Positions 40,411 to 55,813 of a stretch of 64,000 bases of DNA are shown here, piece after piece (position 1 is the first letter of the stretch; the number at the start of each line of letters is the position of its first letter). The translations under genes were made by a program, and so were the position numbers. The notes beneath the pieces were generated by a model. It saw only the letters and a list, made by a program, of their open reading frames with translations, did no database searches and had not been told where the DNA came from. The stretch lies in the NCBI GenBank assembly GCA_964016885.1, contig OZ024740.1:25234001-25298000 (forward strand). Direction: 5' to 3'. This DNA is from Eledone cirrhosa. Its lineage: Eukaryota.

Positions 40411-40731
40411 AGTTTGCTTGAAGCATTGTGGAATAATAACATTTATTTTTTTTTGGCCGTTTTGGAAGCCTCAACAATGCAGATGGGTAAATCTCAGCGT
40501 AACAGAATCCGGAGGTGGAGAGAGAGATGTAAGGGAATGTAGAATGAGATGTATAGTGTGTAGAGTTGCGTAGGAAAGAGCGTAAAAAATTAAAAAATAA
40601 TAACGTAAGATAGAGTAACATTGGGAGAAATTTAATTGTCCCTATATTTTGGATTCGCATCCATCATCTGGGGGGTTTTCCGGGGGGTAAAGTTATCTGT
40701 CGGAGAGGTATGTGGCCTCTGTTGTCCGCTG

Positions 40732-40790
<59 letters not shown>

Positions 40791-40800
40791 TATATATATA

Positions 40801-41130
40801 TATTTATTAAAATAACAGATTAAAGTTTAAGCAAAGAATCGCTGCTTTCACCCTTAACGGGATCTTCTGAAACTAACAAAGTCAATCTGTAAACGCAGAA
40901 GTGGATATTTTAAAAAACGTTGCAACCGGAGGAAGACAGGAAGACGATACTTTGGTTCGTGGTAACGTTCGCTGGCAAAGAACGGGAAAAAAACGAATAA
41001 TACGTCATTAATAGGAGCGGTGAAAAACAATTACGCGCAAACACAGAACCACGGTTCATATATATTTCATATATATTTATCCTTATCGAGCCCTCTTTGG
41101 ATTTTAGTCTTCAAATTTATTATTATTACT
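40801..41130. mobile_element. Family A remnant: inverted partial pLTR joined to the extension
   Basis: 40801-41053 matches 8852-9103 (hammerhead 40824-40874, minus strand). The extension follows in the opposite orientation. Confidence 0.88.
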
Positions 41131-41575
41131 ATATATATATATAACAAAAGCGCAATCTCGCTATTTTATAAATACAGTATATATATATAGTAGTAATAAA
41201 GAAAGAAACATAAGTAGAAGAGAGATAGAAATTGTGTGAAATAGGTTGATATACATAGATTAGATAGAAACAGAGACCCGTAAAGTATGAGGGGTACATT
41301 GGAATTGCTAAAAGATAGAAAAATCGATTATTTCCGCACAATTTTCTCAATAATATATATATTGCGGAGTAGGGTTGAGAAATTGAAAATTGTTCTTCTA
41401 CCTCAAAGAAGATACCGGAAGTTGTGTTTGATTTCAAAACAAAACATTTTCAAACTTACTTTATTTCTAAAAGGCATCTTCTACATAGAAACATACTTTA
41501 TATCATTTTGATTCAAGACAAATACGTTTTACAAGTAATTGCATTGAAAAGATAAACACACAGATGCATATATAT

Positions 41576-41612
<37 letters not shown>

Positions 41613-41616
<4 letters not shown>

Positions 41617-41972
41617 AAAGGTAAACAGAAACAACAACACAATCGGTACAGTATATGGAAGGTATATATTAGGTTAACGCTTGATATAATAAGAAGAGGG
41701 TCTTAATGTTTCTGACGCTAGTCCTTCATCAGAAGAAAGAATGAGAAATAAAATAGATTGAGGAGACGCGCGAGTTGGAATTGGAAAAATTGTCTTTAGA
41801 TAAAAATAACAGGTCCATTCATGTTGACATCTCTTGCCAAACTGTTGGTGCTGGCATTTTGCGTATGATTTATTTTTTAGAAACGTGGACGAGGGCAGGC
41901 GTCTACCTGAAATGGAAAAATAAAAACTCTTTTGTAAAAATAGGTATACTTGAGCACGTGCGAAAGCATGAG

Positions 41973-42045
<73 letters not shown>

Positions 42046-44095
42046 ATGTAGGTACGAAGCTATGAGCAAAATTATGTTAATATAAGGGGGTGTATCGGCA
42101 TGTATTATTAGTAAGAGAAGCTGCTAATGATCAAGAGAAAGCGATAGGAATCAAGGGGTGTGATAATGGACGGAGTATTAGAGAAACTGGGGAGGTGTGT
42201 TGAGTCCAAGAGTGGAATAGGACCAAAGACGGCGAATCAGACTTTGTTCAGTCCTGGTGCGCGAAGCCTGTGATCCATGATGTAAAAGGACACCCAGGAC
42301 TGAAACATGTAGGGAAGATTGACCAAAAGAACAGAGATGACGGGCGACAGGAGTATACAAACCGAGTCGTATGTCCCTCAAATGTTCGGCAAAACGGTCC
42401 GCCATACGGCGTCGCCTTTGTCCGATATATAAAGACCCGCAAAGGGAACACCGGAGGGCATAGACAACGTGGGTGGAAGTGCAAGTAAAGGAATGGTGGA
42501 TACGGAAAGACCCGTTATAGCCTGTAAGAGTGTTGAGGGTGGAAATAAAGGGACAAGTGTTGCAGCGGGAACGGGATCAATCATGAGAGCCGGGTGGAGT
42601 CGTGGGAGAGGCGTAAAAAGAACTGCGAATAGGAGGTCGCGGAGGTTTCGGGCGCGCTTAAAAGCAGGAATGGGTGGGTTTGGAAAAAGGCGAGAAGTGA
42701 CGGGGTCAGAAGTGAGGATACGGAAGGAACGGAGGAAATGTCGCCGGAGTGGTAGGGGCATGGGGTAGTAGGTGAGATGGAAAGGAACACGAATGTTGGG
42801 AGGGCGGGGGTGAGATGAGAGGGCTGTAGTGCTGTCTGTTTCACGGGCGCGGGTGAGAGCAGCTTAGATGAAGGTCGGGAGATATCCACGCTGGATGAAG
42901 CAGGAAGCCATGCGAAGAGAATGGGTTTCGAAATCGTCGTCCTGGCTACAGAGTCGACGAAAACGAAGGAATTGGGAATAGGCTATGGAGTGTTTGGTGT
43001 GGGTTGGATGGGAGGAGGTGAAGTCGAGATAAGATTGGGAGTCTGTTGGTTTAATATAGATGGAAGTAGAGAGGTTGTGGTGAGAGTGATTAAATAGATA
43101 GAGAGATATCTAGAAAAGCGACAGAAGAATCGGAGACGGAGGCGGTGAAATTGAGAGCAGAATGGAAAGATTGGACAAAAGAAAGAAAACAGTCGAGCTG
43201 TTCTCGTGATAGAGAGGTGGCGCTGATACAGTCGTCGATATAACGACCGTATAGCTCAGGAGTCGGTCCAGCGTACTAGGAGAATATCTGGGCTTCGATG
43301 TAGCCAACAAACAAGTTGGCATAGTTTGGACCCATTCTGGTCCCCATCGCTACCCCAGAAACCTGCTGGTAAAATTCACCCGAACAAGAAAATCCATGAA
43401 GGATGAGAACAAGCTCAGACAGACGGAGAAGAGTGGTAGTGCTGGGGTAAGGGGTAGGGCGGGAATCTAAAAAATGCTGGAGAGCGCGGACCGTCATCAT
43501 GAGGGATGACGGTATAGAGAGAAGTGATTTCCAGGGTAAAGAGAAGGCGGGAGGGACCAGGATGGACCAGGAGGAAAGGAGAAAGAGTTGAAAAGCCTAA
43601 GGGAATGATTTGTATCATGGATGTGGGAGGGGAGATTGCCGATCAACGGGACGAGGATGGTGTCTAAATATTCAGAAATTATCTCGGCGGGGCAGTTGCA
43701 CGCAGAAACGATAGGACGGCCAGGATTATTTTGTTTGTGTATTTTGGGAAGGAAGTAGATGGTGGGTGTGCGAGGGGTGCGTACAATAAGGTTCGTGGCA
43801 GTGGGCGGTAGGTGAGAGGAGGAGATGAGCTCGTGGATGGTGGAGGACACGAGTTGTTGGTAGCCAGGAGTGAGGTCGGAGGATAAAGGACGGTAAAAAA
43901 GGGTATTGTGAAGCTGGCGGAGAGCCTCAACCCTATAGAGGCCAGCGCTCTAAACCACCACATCGTCACCTTTGTCAGCGGGTTAGATGACAATGTCATC
44001 GCGACACCGCAGGTTGCGAAGAGCGGAGAGCTCAGTTCGCGTGATGTTAGAGCGACGAAAATGGTGGTGGAAACGGAACCGATTCACAGTACCTC
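41613..44095 (-). mobile_element. Penelope-like element (Neptune-like), 5'-truncated, with 3' pLTR
   Basis: PKIHK, PGRPIVS, ITSLYT.IPH, GVAMGT.MGP.YANLF, RYIDD, KPTD, SSHP, YSQF.R.RR.CS, and GIY-YIG YIGQ...ADRFAEH. Many frameshifts. Degenerate hammerhead at 41701-41736. Confidence 0.9.
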
Positions 44096-44104
44096 GGCAA
44101 GTAT

Positions 44105-44272
44105 CGACGAGATTGTCGGTTAGATTCCTGGACCGGACGATGCGTTATGTCCTTGAGCAAGACACTTTATTTTACGTTGCTCCTTCTACTCGGAGTTGCG
44201 ACTGATAGATAGTATTGGCAATCGGAAAGACCAACTGAAACATTGTTTCTTCAGTCCAATTTGACGAAAGTA
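44105..44272 (+). mobile_element. SINE fragment, same family as 61107
   Basis: Shares GGACCGG.CGATGC.TTATGT and GGAGTTGCGAC.GATAGATAGTATT with 61107-61272. CORE-like GTCCTTGAGCAAGACACT. Confidence 0.7.
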
Positions 44273-44306
44273 AAAATATATTCATATATTTATGTATATA
44301 TATATA

Positions 44307-44390
<84 letters not shown>

Positions 44391-44433
44391 TATATATAAA
44401 TATATATATATATATAAATATATATATATATAA

Positions 44434-44510
<77 letters not shown>

Positions 44511-45129
44511 TGACATTAGTGTATATAGTTTAGCAGTACTGAAAGAATAAAACATGACGGGGAAAACAATCTAATTAATAATAACAAATGATCGTACAAT
44601 TGTCCTCGAGGTTAATTAATTAATTGTCATTAAAAATGCTAACCAAATATTTTTACATTGGTGAAGGAAGAAAATAACGAAATTACAATAATGAAAATAA
44701 AACTGAATATATAAAAATAATACAATATATACAATAACACATTTAAAAGCATAAAACTATAGGAAAATAATGAATAAAAACAAAAAAAACATACAAAAAT
44801 AAAGAACAACAAATACAATGGTGAGGCGAGGAAAGACCTGAGTGGAATTTTAAAGAGAGTAGAAAAGTAGAAAGGTGAAAAGAAATCGAAGAAGAAGTAA
44901 TAGATAAAAGCTATTTCATTCGCCATCAGGCAAATCGGAAATTATCGGCTGATTAAGAAACGTTTATTTTAGAAAATAAAAGTAGGGAAGACGTTAGCAT
45001 TTGGGTGCTGATACGGGAAGTAGTAATGGCGAAGACCGCAGGCTGTTTTTACAATAATGAAATATCATTGCTTTACTACTCTATTCTGTTTATTGAGTAT
45101 TATTGCATGACTAGAAGTGTCTGCCTATG

Positions 45130-45165
<36 letters not shown>

Positions 45166-45172
45166 GGCAGAC

Positions 45173-45315
<143 letters not shown>

Positions 45316-45505
45316 CATACTTATATTTAAGTAACTGCCGTACTAAGAATGAGAAATGAAATTTTGTTTCATTTTTTCCATTCATCGTTTTCGGTGCGCC
45401 CGGCCGACTAAAATCACTCGATATGCAAATTAGGCTGCTCAGCCATTAATATGCATAAGGAAAGTATATACTTTCAGACGTTCAATCATCCGGCAGGAAG
45501 GTATA

Positions 45506-45546
45506 CGATGCTGACGATAGCTAATAAGCTTGAAACTAGTACATTG
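45506..45546 (+). ncRNA. Minimal type I hammerhead, canonical core
   Basis: cgaug CUGACGA u AGCU aaua AGCU u GAAA cuag UA cauug. Stem III is the palindrome ACUAGU. Confidence 0.8.
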
Positions 45547-45815
45547 TTCCTTTGTCAGTGTTAAACAAAAGGGTAACGATGGTTGCTACACACTGTACGG
45601 CTTAATTCGGGATGTTTGTTTACAAACAAACTGAACATTGTAATAAATGTTCGGTAAACCGATACGTAAATATATATATGTGTGCATGTATGTATATGCA
45701 TACATACTACTGTACGTCTGTATACATATATATATGTACGTATATATACATACTTACATTTAAGTAACTGCCGTACTAAGAGTGAGAAATGAAATTTTGT
45801 TTCATGTTTTCCATT

Positions 45816-45912
<97 letters not shown>

Positions 45913-45985
45913 GTATACAGACTTCAATAGCACAACTGTATATACATATATACCTATATGTATCTCTCTCTCTCTCTCTCTCGTC

Positions 45986-46061
<76 letters not shown>

Positions 46062-46468
46062 CTCTCTCTCTCTCTCCCTCTTTATATATATATATCTATA
46101 TATATATCTATATCTATATATATATATATATATGTAGGAGGTGAGTTTTATTGTAGTACAATAAAGCAATGCAGATATCGGATAAGAAGCACTCTACAGT
46201 TTGTAGGACTGGAGTATACATAATATATAAGATCAAAAGATGGTTAAATGAGTTCCATATATTTTATTATGCGCATTTCAAAAACAAATATCAACATGCA
46301 ATAACATTTGTGTTTTCATCAGATAAAATAGGACATGATATGAAGGTTAAAAACACTTGTGGATAGTGCAGTTTTAAATCAACATATGTTGATTTAAAAC
46401 TGAGACGGTCTTGTACACTTTTACACACATACATACACACCATACACACAGACACAGACACAGACACA

Positions 46469-46555
<87 letters not shown>

Positions 46556-46577
46556 ACACACACATATATATATATAC

Positions 46578-46806
46578 GCAAAAGGTAAACAGAAATAACA
46601 ACACAATCGCACAATCGGTACAGTATATGGAAGGGATATATTAGGTTAACGCTTGATATAACAGGAAGAGGGTCTTAACGTTTCGGACGCTAGTCCTTCA
46701 TCAGAAGAATGAATCAGAAATAAGATAGATTGAGGGGACGGGTGGGATGGAATTGGAAAAAATGTCTTTAGATAAACATAGCAGGTCCATTCATGTTGAT
46801 ATCTCT
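46578..46806 (-). mobile_element. Solo pLTR of the Neptune-like PLE
   Basis: Direct repeat of 41613-41835. Confidence 0.85.
46673..46708 (-). ncRNA. Minimal type I hammerhead, loopless stem III
   Basis: ucuu CUGAUGA a GGAC uagc GUCC GAAA cg UU aaga. Confidence 0.8.
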
Positions 46807-46908
46807 TAAGTATAAATATGGGTCCAGGAAAACAGGAAGAAGTGGTCAGAAGTAGGAATTTATTGAGAGTTGAATCTGTAACATATGTTTCTATACAATT
46901 ACATAACC

Positions 46909-47008
<100 letters not shown>

Positions 47009-47568
47009 TGTGTGTGTTTTCACTTAATTGGGGATATTATAATATTAATTAAGGCTACAGAATAGATTTGATCCCGATATAGATATATGATGTTATAACT
47101 ATAGAAGGTTATATCTGAGTAGAATATGTAAGAGAGATCAAGGATTACACCTAATATTAGTTGACTGCAATGCCACAGCTCAGATAGTGAATTGTATATT
47201 CTGAAGTAAATATGTCTAGTTACGAAGAATTGTTTCTAAATATGAAGAGCTCTTCCCTCTCCCTAAGAGACGAAACATAACTAAGAACGTTAAATATTTC
47301 ATGTATTACCAATCCTACACCTAACACATTTACTCTCCAACATCAACATTAACAACTTAGTCAAGTAGTGAAAATATATAGAAGTATTGTGATATATATA
47401 TACTTCTATCTAGAAAGATCGTTCAGTACATTTCATACTTAAGCAAGTATATCTGAATAATGGGGGGAAAGAGGAACAATTTTATGAAGATTTTGAAAAG
47501 ATTAGCATTTTTTTTTACGATATCGATATTGAAGACATACACACCCACAAGCACAAACACGCCCTCCC

Positions 47569-47645
<77 letters not shown>

Positions 47646-47972
47646 TATATATATGTATGTATACGTCAACGTAATATTTCTTATAGTAATATAGTCTAAT
47701 AATGGGGAATATACGAATATACACTGAACAGATAAAGATGGGTATCAGCACAGATGAGAGTCGAGCCTCCCCCTCTCATTTAGCGGACGAGTATGTTACC
47801 ATTACGGGAATGTTGCCCCCCCCCCCCAACTTCTTCCCTTTATACACCCCATTAGTAGATTAGTAGACTATAATATAGTCTACCATTATTAATGGTTCAC
47901 TGTTAAGGACATATTCAAATCCTTAACAGACTTCTATTGGTAATTCAATTCTAAACTTCGCTCAACACGTTC

Positions 47973-48116
<144 letters not shown>

Positions 48117-48135
48117 ATATATGTATATATATACA

Positions 48136-48196
<61 letters not shown>

Positions 48197-49177
48197 CAAT
48201 TGTCTGCAAATAAATGTTCTAAACTAAAATTTGATCGTTTTAACATTTTGTATCTCGGCTCTGTAAAACACTTGAAGGCATTGAGCCTTTTGTCATACCG
48301 GACCGGCTAGTACTTAGTACTACCCTACATATTTATAGTTATATCAAACATATATAAATATAAACATTATTATTACTATATATGTATATATCTATATATA
48401 GTTATAGGAATAACCAAAGAGTGCTTAGAAATACATTGTTTTATTACCTAATAGTGTTTCATCCATACACCATGGCAGGAATCATCAGAGCCTATAAACA
48501 TGAGTATATCAGTAGTTGCATGCTCCATCGAGCTGCGTCACCAGAACAAGGTTAAAGGACCATCAGATATATATTTAAAATTGCAAGTTCGAAGAATTAT
48601 TACATAAAATATATCCAGTCTTTCTTCACTCTAGTGACTGTTCATCGCGAAAAGTAGCCTGTATCATTTGTTTATTATTTCTTCAAAGTTACATTTTAAA
48701 CTCTTAGCTCCGTTTAAATGATTATTTATCTAGTTAATTTCTACAGACTAGGGTGAAGAAAGACTGGATATATTTCATCTAATAATTCTTCAAACTTGCA
48801 ATTTTATATATAGATCTTATTAATAATTATTTGCATAATTAAATTTTTTATTGAGACACACCGTGAAAGATAGCCACACTTATATAATCTGTGACTATAT
48901 CTAAATATATGTCTAAATATATACATATATCCCTATAAATTTAATATATATTTATATATCCCTGGTTATATCCTTGAAATTTATAATAGAATAGATATGG
49001 CGTTTCTGAATTTCATATTGGCAAACATGAAAGTATAAGAACAAATATGGTTTTATAAATATAGTTTCAATTTATTTAATATCATTGTATATTATGCTCA
49101 AAAAACTGTTGAGTGCTCTGAATCAGCTATAAACATTTCTATTTGTTGAATTACCAACAAATTGAATATCCATTCTG

Positions 49178-49272
<95 letters not shown>

Positions 49273-49515
49273 GGATTCATTTATATTGATGTACGTGTGT
49301 GAATGTGTTTGCAAGTGTTATCCTCTCCATAGGCAGCTAAGGCAGATAAATATTTGGGAATGCTCTCACCGCTTAAACTTTTTCACACACCTCCATTTTT
49401 TTTAATTATCATTTTCTGCTCATAAATCATAATATATATTTCACATCTATATACATATATATAAGTTTGCTTGTGCTTGTGTTTATACGAGTGTGTGTAT
49501 GTGTGTTTTTATGCG

Positions 49516-49654
<139 letters not shown>

Positions 49655-49920
49655 GTGTTTGTGTTTGTGCGTACGTGCGATTGTGGTCAAGCATGACTCT
49701 AACTTTATAATTAGGTTCTTTATGGCAAATATGCTGACAATTTTATGTGTGGAAACATCGTAAACAACCATATATCTATATCAAACCCATATATAGACTA
49801 TATAACTGTAGGTGGTGCAGACATATAGCTACACATACGTAGACACATACATTATATACATACAGGCACATCTACAATATATGTATGTGTATATATATAT
49901 TATATATATATATATATATA

Positions 49921-50039
<119 letters not shown>

Positions 50040-50076
50040 CATTCATATATATATACGTATATACATATATATATAT

Positions 50077-50168
<92 letters not shown>

Positions 50169-50509
50169 GTGTGTTTGTATGTATGAGACTTAAGTATAAT
50201 AAAGAGGCTGGTTATATCTTTGTAGGAAATATAATAAAATTTATTTTGTGCTGACAACAGAACGGCTGGTTTCGTTCAACGAGCTACTCAAGGTCTGGGT
50301 TAATATTGTTTAAAAACACAGTCACTTCATAAAGCATAACACTAAATGTATGTACTATAATAATAGAGTAAACTCTATAGATAATGAATACAACCACAAG
50401 GATATGGTCCGAACGTGGAAGAGCCGAACTCCCATTGTCATCGGATCCATCTCCCCCCCCCCCCGCGTTCCGTATGTTTAAAATAAGCATATGTACACGT
50501 AAATAATTA

Positions 50510-50682
50510 TAATTGTTTCTACATTTGGCACAAGACCAACAATTACCAGTACATTACTGTTACTTTATTTTATCGACCACGTGAGGATGAAAGGCAAAAT
50601 TAACCTGGGCGGGATTTGAACTCAGGTCGTAAAGGGACGCAACTATGGCGGAAAGCATGTCCGACCCTCTACCGATACTGCC
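50510..50682 (-). mobile_element. SINE, same family as 33079
   Basis: Reverse complement of GGCAGTATCGGTAGAGGGTCGGAC...GAGTTCAAATCCCGCC...GCCTTTCATCC. Confidence 0.8.
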
Positions 50683-50880
50683 TATTCACACGTAAATAAA
50701 TATAGTAATTAAATGGTTCACAAAAAGGAATTGTCGAGAAAATAGAGTGAGATTGCTGTTGCAGCTTTTCCAAATCCATTGATGGATTGTAGTTGTATGG
50801 AGAACCATTCTTATGCAATGATTTAAAGAATGGCTTTCAAAATATTAATGCACTATATAAAGTTAGTGGTTCACTGTTAA

Positions 50881-51054
<174 letters not shown>

Positions 51055-52046
51055 CATAATGTATATGTATAATAAACAATACAATATAATTACCTCATTA
51101 CCAGAGTTTTCCCGAATAAGACGAATACGAAAAACGTCCTCATTCGTTCGTCGAACAAGGCAATTTAAAACATAGTGAAATATTTGAAAAGTCTCCTCAA
51201 GAAATGCAAAATATATATAAATAAAAGTAATGCAAGATATATATAAGGAAATATGGTTAGGGTATGTGTATATGTATGTATATACACTCACAAATGTACA
51301 TATGTGTGTATGTACAAATGCATGTGTATCGTGAAAATGTGTGCGTAAGTACATATATGAGGGCAAGTATATTTGTGTATATGTGACCACAAATACGTAT
51401 ATAATATGAGTTGAAAAATGAATTGTATGATAATATAGTTGACACGCATCCAGATACAGTTATTAAATACACATACGAGTATGAAAGCACGCGTATAAAC
51501 ACACACACACGCGCAGTCACTTATATGCGGAAGATAAAGAGGGAAGAAGGGAGTGTAATAGTAAAAAGAAGTGTCATTCTCGATATATGTATAAAAATGA
51601 AACAATATATGAGAATGAAACATTTTTTTTTAAATCAAAGGGAAAGTAATCAATTAACACTAGAGAAAAGAAAACAAACATAGGTACGCACGTACATACA
51701 CATATATATAGAAAAAAATATTTATACACACAAATACGTACAGAAAAAAGCGCATGCATACGTACATACATACAAACGAGGCACGTATATATATATATAT
51801 ATATATCGCCACATGTATATTTAATCACACGTACGTACGCGACTATACATACATACATACATATATACATACATACATACACACCCATACATACATATAC
51901 ATATACACACATATACATACACATACATTCACCCGCATACACACATGCGTATAAATAAGTATGTAAAAAACATTTTAAAACATGTGTAAAAAACATTTTA
52001 AAGTCGAGTACTCTCCAGTCAATAGGATTGTAAACCAATACTAAAC

Positions 52047-54135
52047 ATGGATAAATATCCTTTGGATTACTCTATCAAGAATATCTCAACACCTTCTAAC
52101 ACTTCCTACACGAAAATGCTGATAGACAAAGTAGAGAAAGTTGTTAAAAGAATGAGATGGAAAGCTTTGATTCTCGATGGACACTTTAACACGGACTCTA
52201 CGGAACATTTTGATATCAAAACTCATAAATACCCGCAAAGAGTAAAAGATATGACCGCTTTTGAACTAGACTTAGTTAATCGAATCAACAATATCAATTT
52301 TCGTAAGTATTCTAACCCTTTTCAATCTAAACTATCTAATGATATTTCAATATTAAAATCTTCTAAAAATAAGATCATTTTCTCCGACAAAGCTAAAACT
52401 TATACGAAGTTCATAATAATTTACATGACCAACTCTTAATAGATAACATCACCTCTAAATACCAAATAGCTAATATAAACACGTATAATAATATAAATAA
52501 GGAAGCTAGTTCTTTAAAAATAGATAATAGGACAGAGAAACTTGCTAAACGTAATGCATATATCACCCTTAAAAATCACAAATCTGACTTTATTAATCGT
52601 CCTAGTTGTAGATAAATCAACCCTGCTAAGACTGATATCGGTCTTGCCAGCAAAATAAATGTTAAATAATATAGACACACAGATTAGAAGTAAGTCTGAA
52701 TTACTCCAATGGATAAATAGCTCTTCCGTAGTACATTGGTTTAATAATATTAAAGATAAAAATAGTTCTAGATTCACCCAATTTGACATTGTAGATTTCT
52801 ACCCGTCTATCACTCAGACTCTTTTAGCGAAAGCCTTAAATTTCGCTAGAAAGTTTACAAATATTTCTGATATTGAAGAGAATGTCATCTTGCATGCTAG
52901 AAACATTCTACTCTTTACTAATAATGACACTTGGGTAAACATATCTAACCCAGAGAAGCCATTCGATGTCTCAAAGGTTTCTTTTGACAGTGCTGATGTT
53001 TGTGATTTAGTCGGCCTATTCCTCCTGCACACACTTAAAGAAAAAATCCCTAACCATATTTTTGGGCTTTATCGCGTCGATGGTCTAATACTTTCCCATA
53101 CCACCTTAACTTAGATAGATTAAGGAAAGACTTAATAAAAACCTTCGCTAGTTTTAATCTTAAAATTACTATTGACACTAATCTTTCCAATGTAGATTTC
53201 CTAGATATAAACCTAGATCTGCCTACTGTTTCTTATAAACCATACCATAAACCTAATGAGAATTTAAAATATATAAATAAAGGCTCTTTCCATCCTCCTA
53301 AATTTTTTAAAAACCTTATCCCTAATATTAGCCGTAGGATCTCCACCCTCTCTTCCTCAGAAGCTATTTTCAATAAGGCATCCCCCTACTATAATAAAGC
53401 CCTTCATAATAGCGGATTTAGCGAACCGATTAAGTACATACCCAACACTACTAACTCTTTTAAACATAATAATAGGAAAAGAAAAATAATCTGATTCACA
53501 CACCCCTACTCTCTAGCAGTTAAAACTGATGTAGGCAAAACATTCCTAGAGCTCTTTGATAAACATTTCCCTAGAACACATAGATACTATAAGATCTTCA
53601 ATAGAAACTGTGTCAAAATTAGCTACTCCTGCGGTCCCCCTATTAAATCTTATATCATCAATAAGAAATCACCCAGATAATATCAAAATTGCTCTTTTAG
53701 AGTCAAAAGTGAATGACCATTACATGGTAAATGCAACACTAAAGCCATTGTATATGCGGCTAAACTGACAACCATCAGCAACAACCAACCATCCACCAGC
53801 GAACGATATGTGGGTATGACACAAGACAAATTCAAAACGCATTATTACTCACATGTCGCATCTTTCCGACATCCAGAAAAAAAGATTCACAACAGCTCTG
53901 GCTAGCAGAATATGGGATTTGAAAGACCAAGGTATCCAATATAAATTGGATTGGTCAATTTTGAGCCAATCTAAATAATATGCAAGAGGAACAAGAAGAT
54001 GTAAACTCTGCATAAGTGAAAAATATTGGATTTTACAGAACTTTAAATCACCAAAAACCTGCTTAAATACAAAACCAGAAATGTTCACCAGTTGCCCACA
54101 TATGAAATCACACTTGCTTTCCAGCTCATATAAAC
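52047..54135 (+). pseudogene. PLE RT plus GIY-YIG, disrupted
   Basis: YSIKNI..RMRWKA, QFDIVDFYPSI, GLYRVDGL (DD altered), VDFLDI, PYHKPN, YVGMT..FK, C.LC..EK. Confidence 0.9.
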
Positions 54136-55390
54136 TTAACTCACTTTCAGATACTTATCCTCCATAAACTCTTATTCTTCACTTTCCTTAAATTATCCTC
54201 TTTAAAGACTTCTCTTTCTGATTTACTTTCATTTTTAACTTTATTTTTAATTTTATTTTTATTTTTACTTCACATCCACCAGTAACCCCCCCCCCTCCCC
54301 CTTACTTTACGATTCACTTACCTAATATCTTCACATTCCACATTTTACTTCCCCATTTTCTTTCAATACCTGATATTACTGTCACTTGCGTTTTCCACTT
54401 CAGATATATTCTGTTGTTTCGCAGCCGATTTTATATTTTTACTCTTTATTCATATGGCTGGTTTATAATCTGTATCTATGTGTGTGAGTGTGCTTAGGAG
54501 TGTATACGTTCTGTATATGTATACGAACGCCTCCGTATGTGTGCGTGCGCACGTATATATGTGTGTGTATGTGTGTTTTTATATCTATGTTTTTTACATA
54601 CTTATTTATATGTATGTGTGTATGCGGGTGAATGTATGTGTATGTGTATGTATATGTGTGTATATGTATATGTATGTATGGGTGTGTATGTATATATGTA
54701 TATATATGTATAGTCGCGTACGTACGTGTGATTAGATATACATGTGGCGATATATACATATATATATACGTGCCTCGTGTGTATGTATGTACGCATGCAT
54801 GCGTTTTGTCTGTACGTATTTGTGTGTATAAATATTTTTTTATATATCTGTGTATGTACGTGCGTACCTATGTTTGTTTTCTTTTCTCTAGTCTCAATTG
54901 ATTACTTTCCCTTTGATTTAAAAAAATGTTTTTCATTCTCATATATTGTTTCATTTTTATACATATATCGAGAATGACACTTCTTTTTACTATTACACAC
55001 CCTACCCTCTTTATCTTCCGCATATAATTGACCGCACGTGTGTGTGTGTTTATACGCGTGCTTTCATACTCGTATGTGTATTTAATACCTGTATCTGGAT
55101 GCGTGTCAACTATATTATCATACAATTTATTTTTCAACTCATATTATATACGTATTTGTGGTCACATATACACAAATATACTAGCCCTCATATATGTACT
55201 TACGCACACATTTTCACCATACACATGCATTTGTACATACACACATATGTACATTTGTGAGTGTATAAACATACATATACTCATACCCTAACTATATTTT
55301 CTTATTTTTTAATATATCTCTGGCATTACTTTTATTAATATATTTTTTGAATTTCTTGAGGAGACTTTTCAAATATTTCACTATGTGTTA

Positions 55391-55468
55391 AATTGCCTTG
55401 TCCGACGAAGGAATGAGGACGTTTTTCGTATTCGTCTTATTCGGGAAACCTCCGGTAATGAGGCAATT
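55391..55468 (+). ncRNA. Type I hammerhead, family B (U4C core, long stems)
   Basis: aauugccuugu CCGACGA ag GAAUGAGGACG..CGUCUUAUUC gg GAAA cc ucc gg UA augaggcaauu. Stem I is 11 bp with two GU pairs. Inverted copy at 51088-51165. Confidence 0.7.
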
Positions 55469-55567
55469 ATATTGTATTGTTTATTATACATTAAATTTTG
55501 CTCTGGTACTTACATAGAGCACTCTTCACTCCTATGAGTTTTTCAATTTTCAAAGGAAAGTTCAATA

Positions 55568-55629
<62 letters not shown>

Positions 55630-55760
55630 AACTAGTAGGACCCCGACGGCTGAGCTCAGCCGTCGGGGTCCTACTCGTTCCTATTACCCATTCTACTACC
55701 CTAAATATTGAGTACTATGGTACGTTATGGTCCACCTGGTTCCTTACCACATTTCCTCAG

Positions 55761-55813
<53 letters not shown>

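Larger units (their letters stand above)
51057..55570 (+). mobile_element. Penelope-like element family B, full-length body with ~915 bp inverted repeats and 3' extension
   Basis: 51057-51972 is the reverse complement of ~54587-55492. Unpaired extension at 55493-55570. (TA)n on both sides. Confidence 0.92.

Noticed and set aside
48445-48493. Hammerhead on the minus strand (CUGAUGA..GAAA)
   Set aside because: Core and stem II are present, but stems I and III do not pair. Probably a decayed copy.
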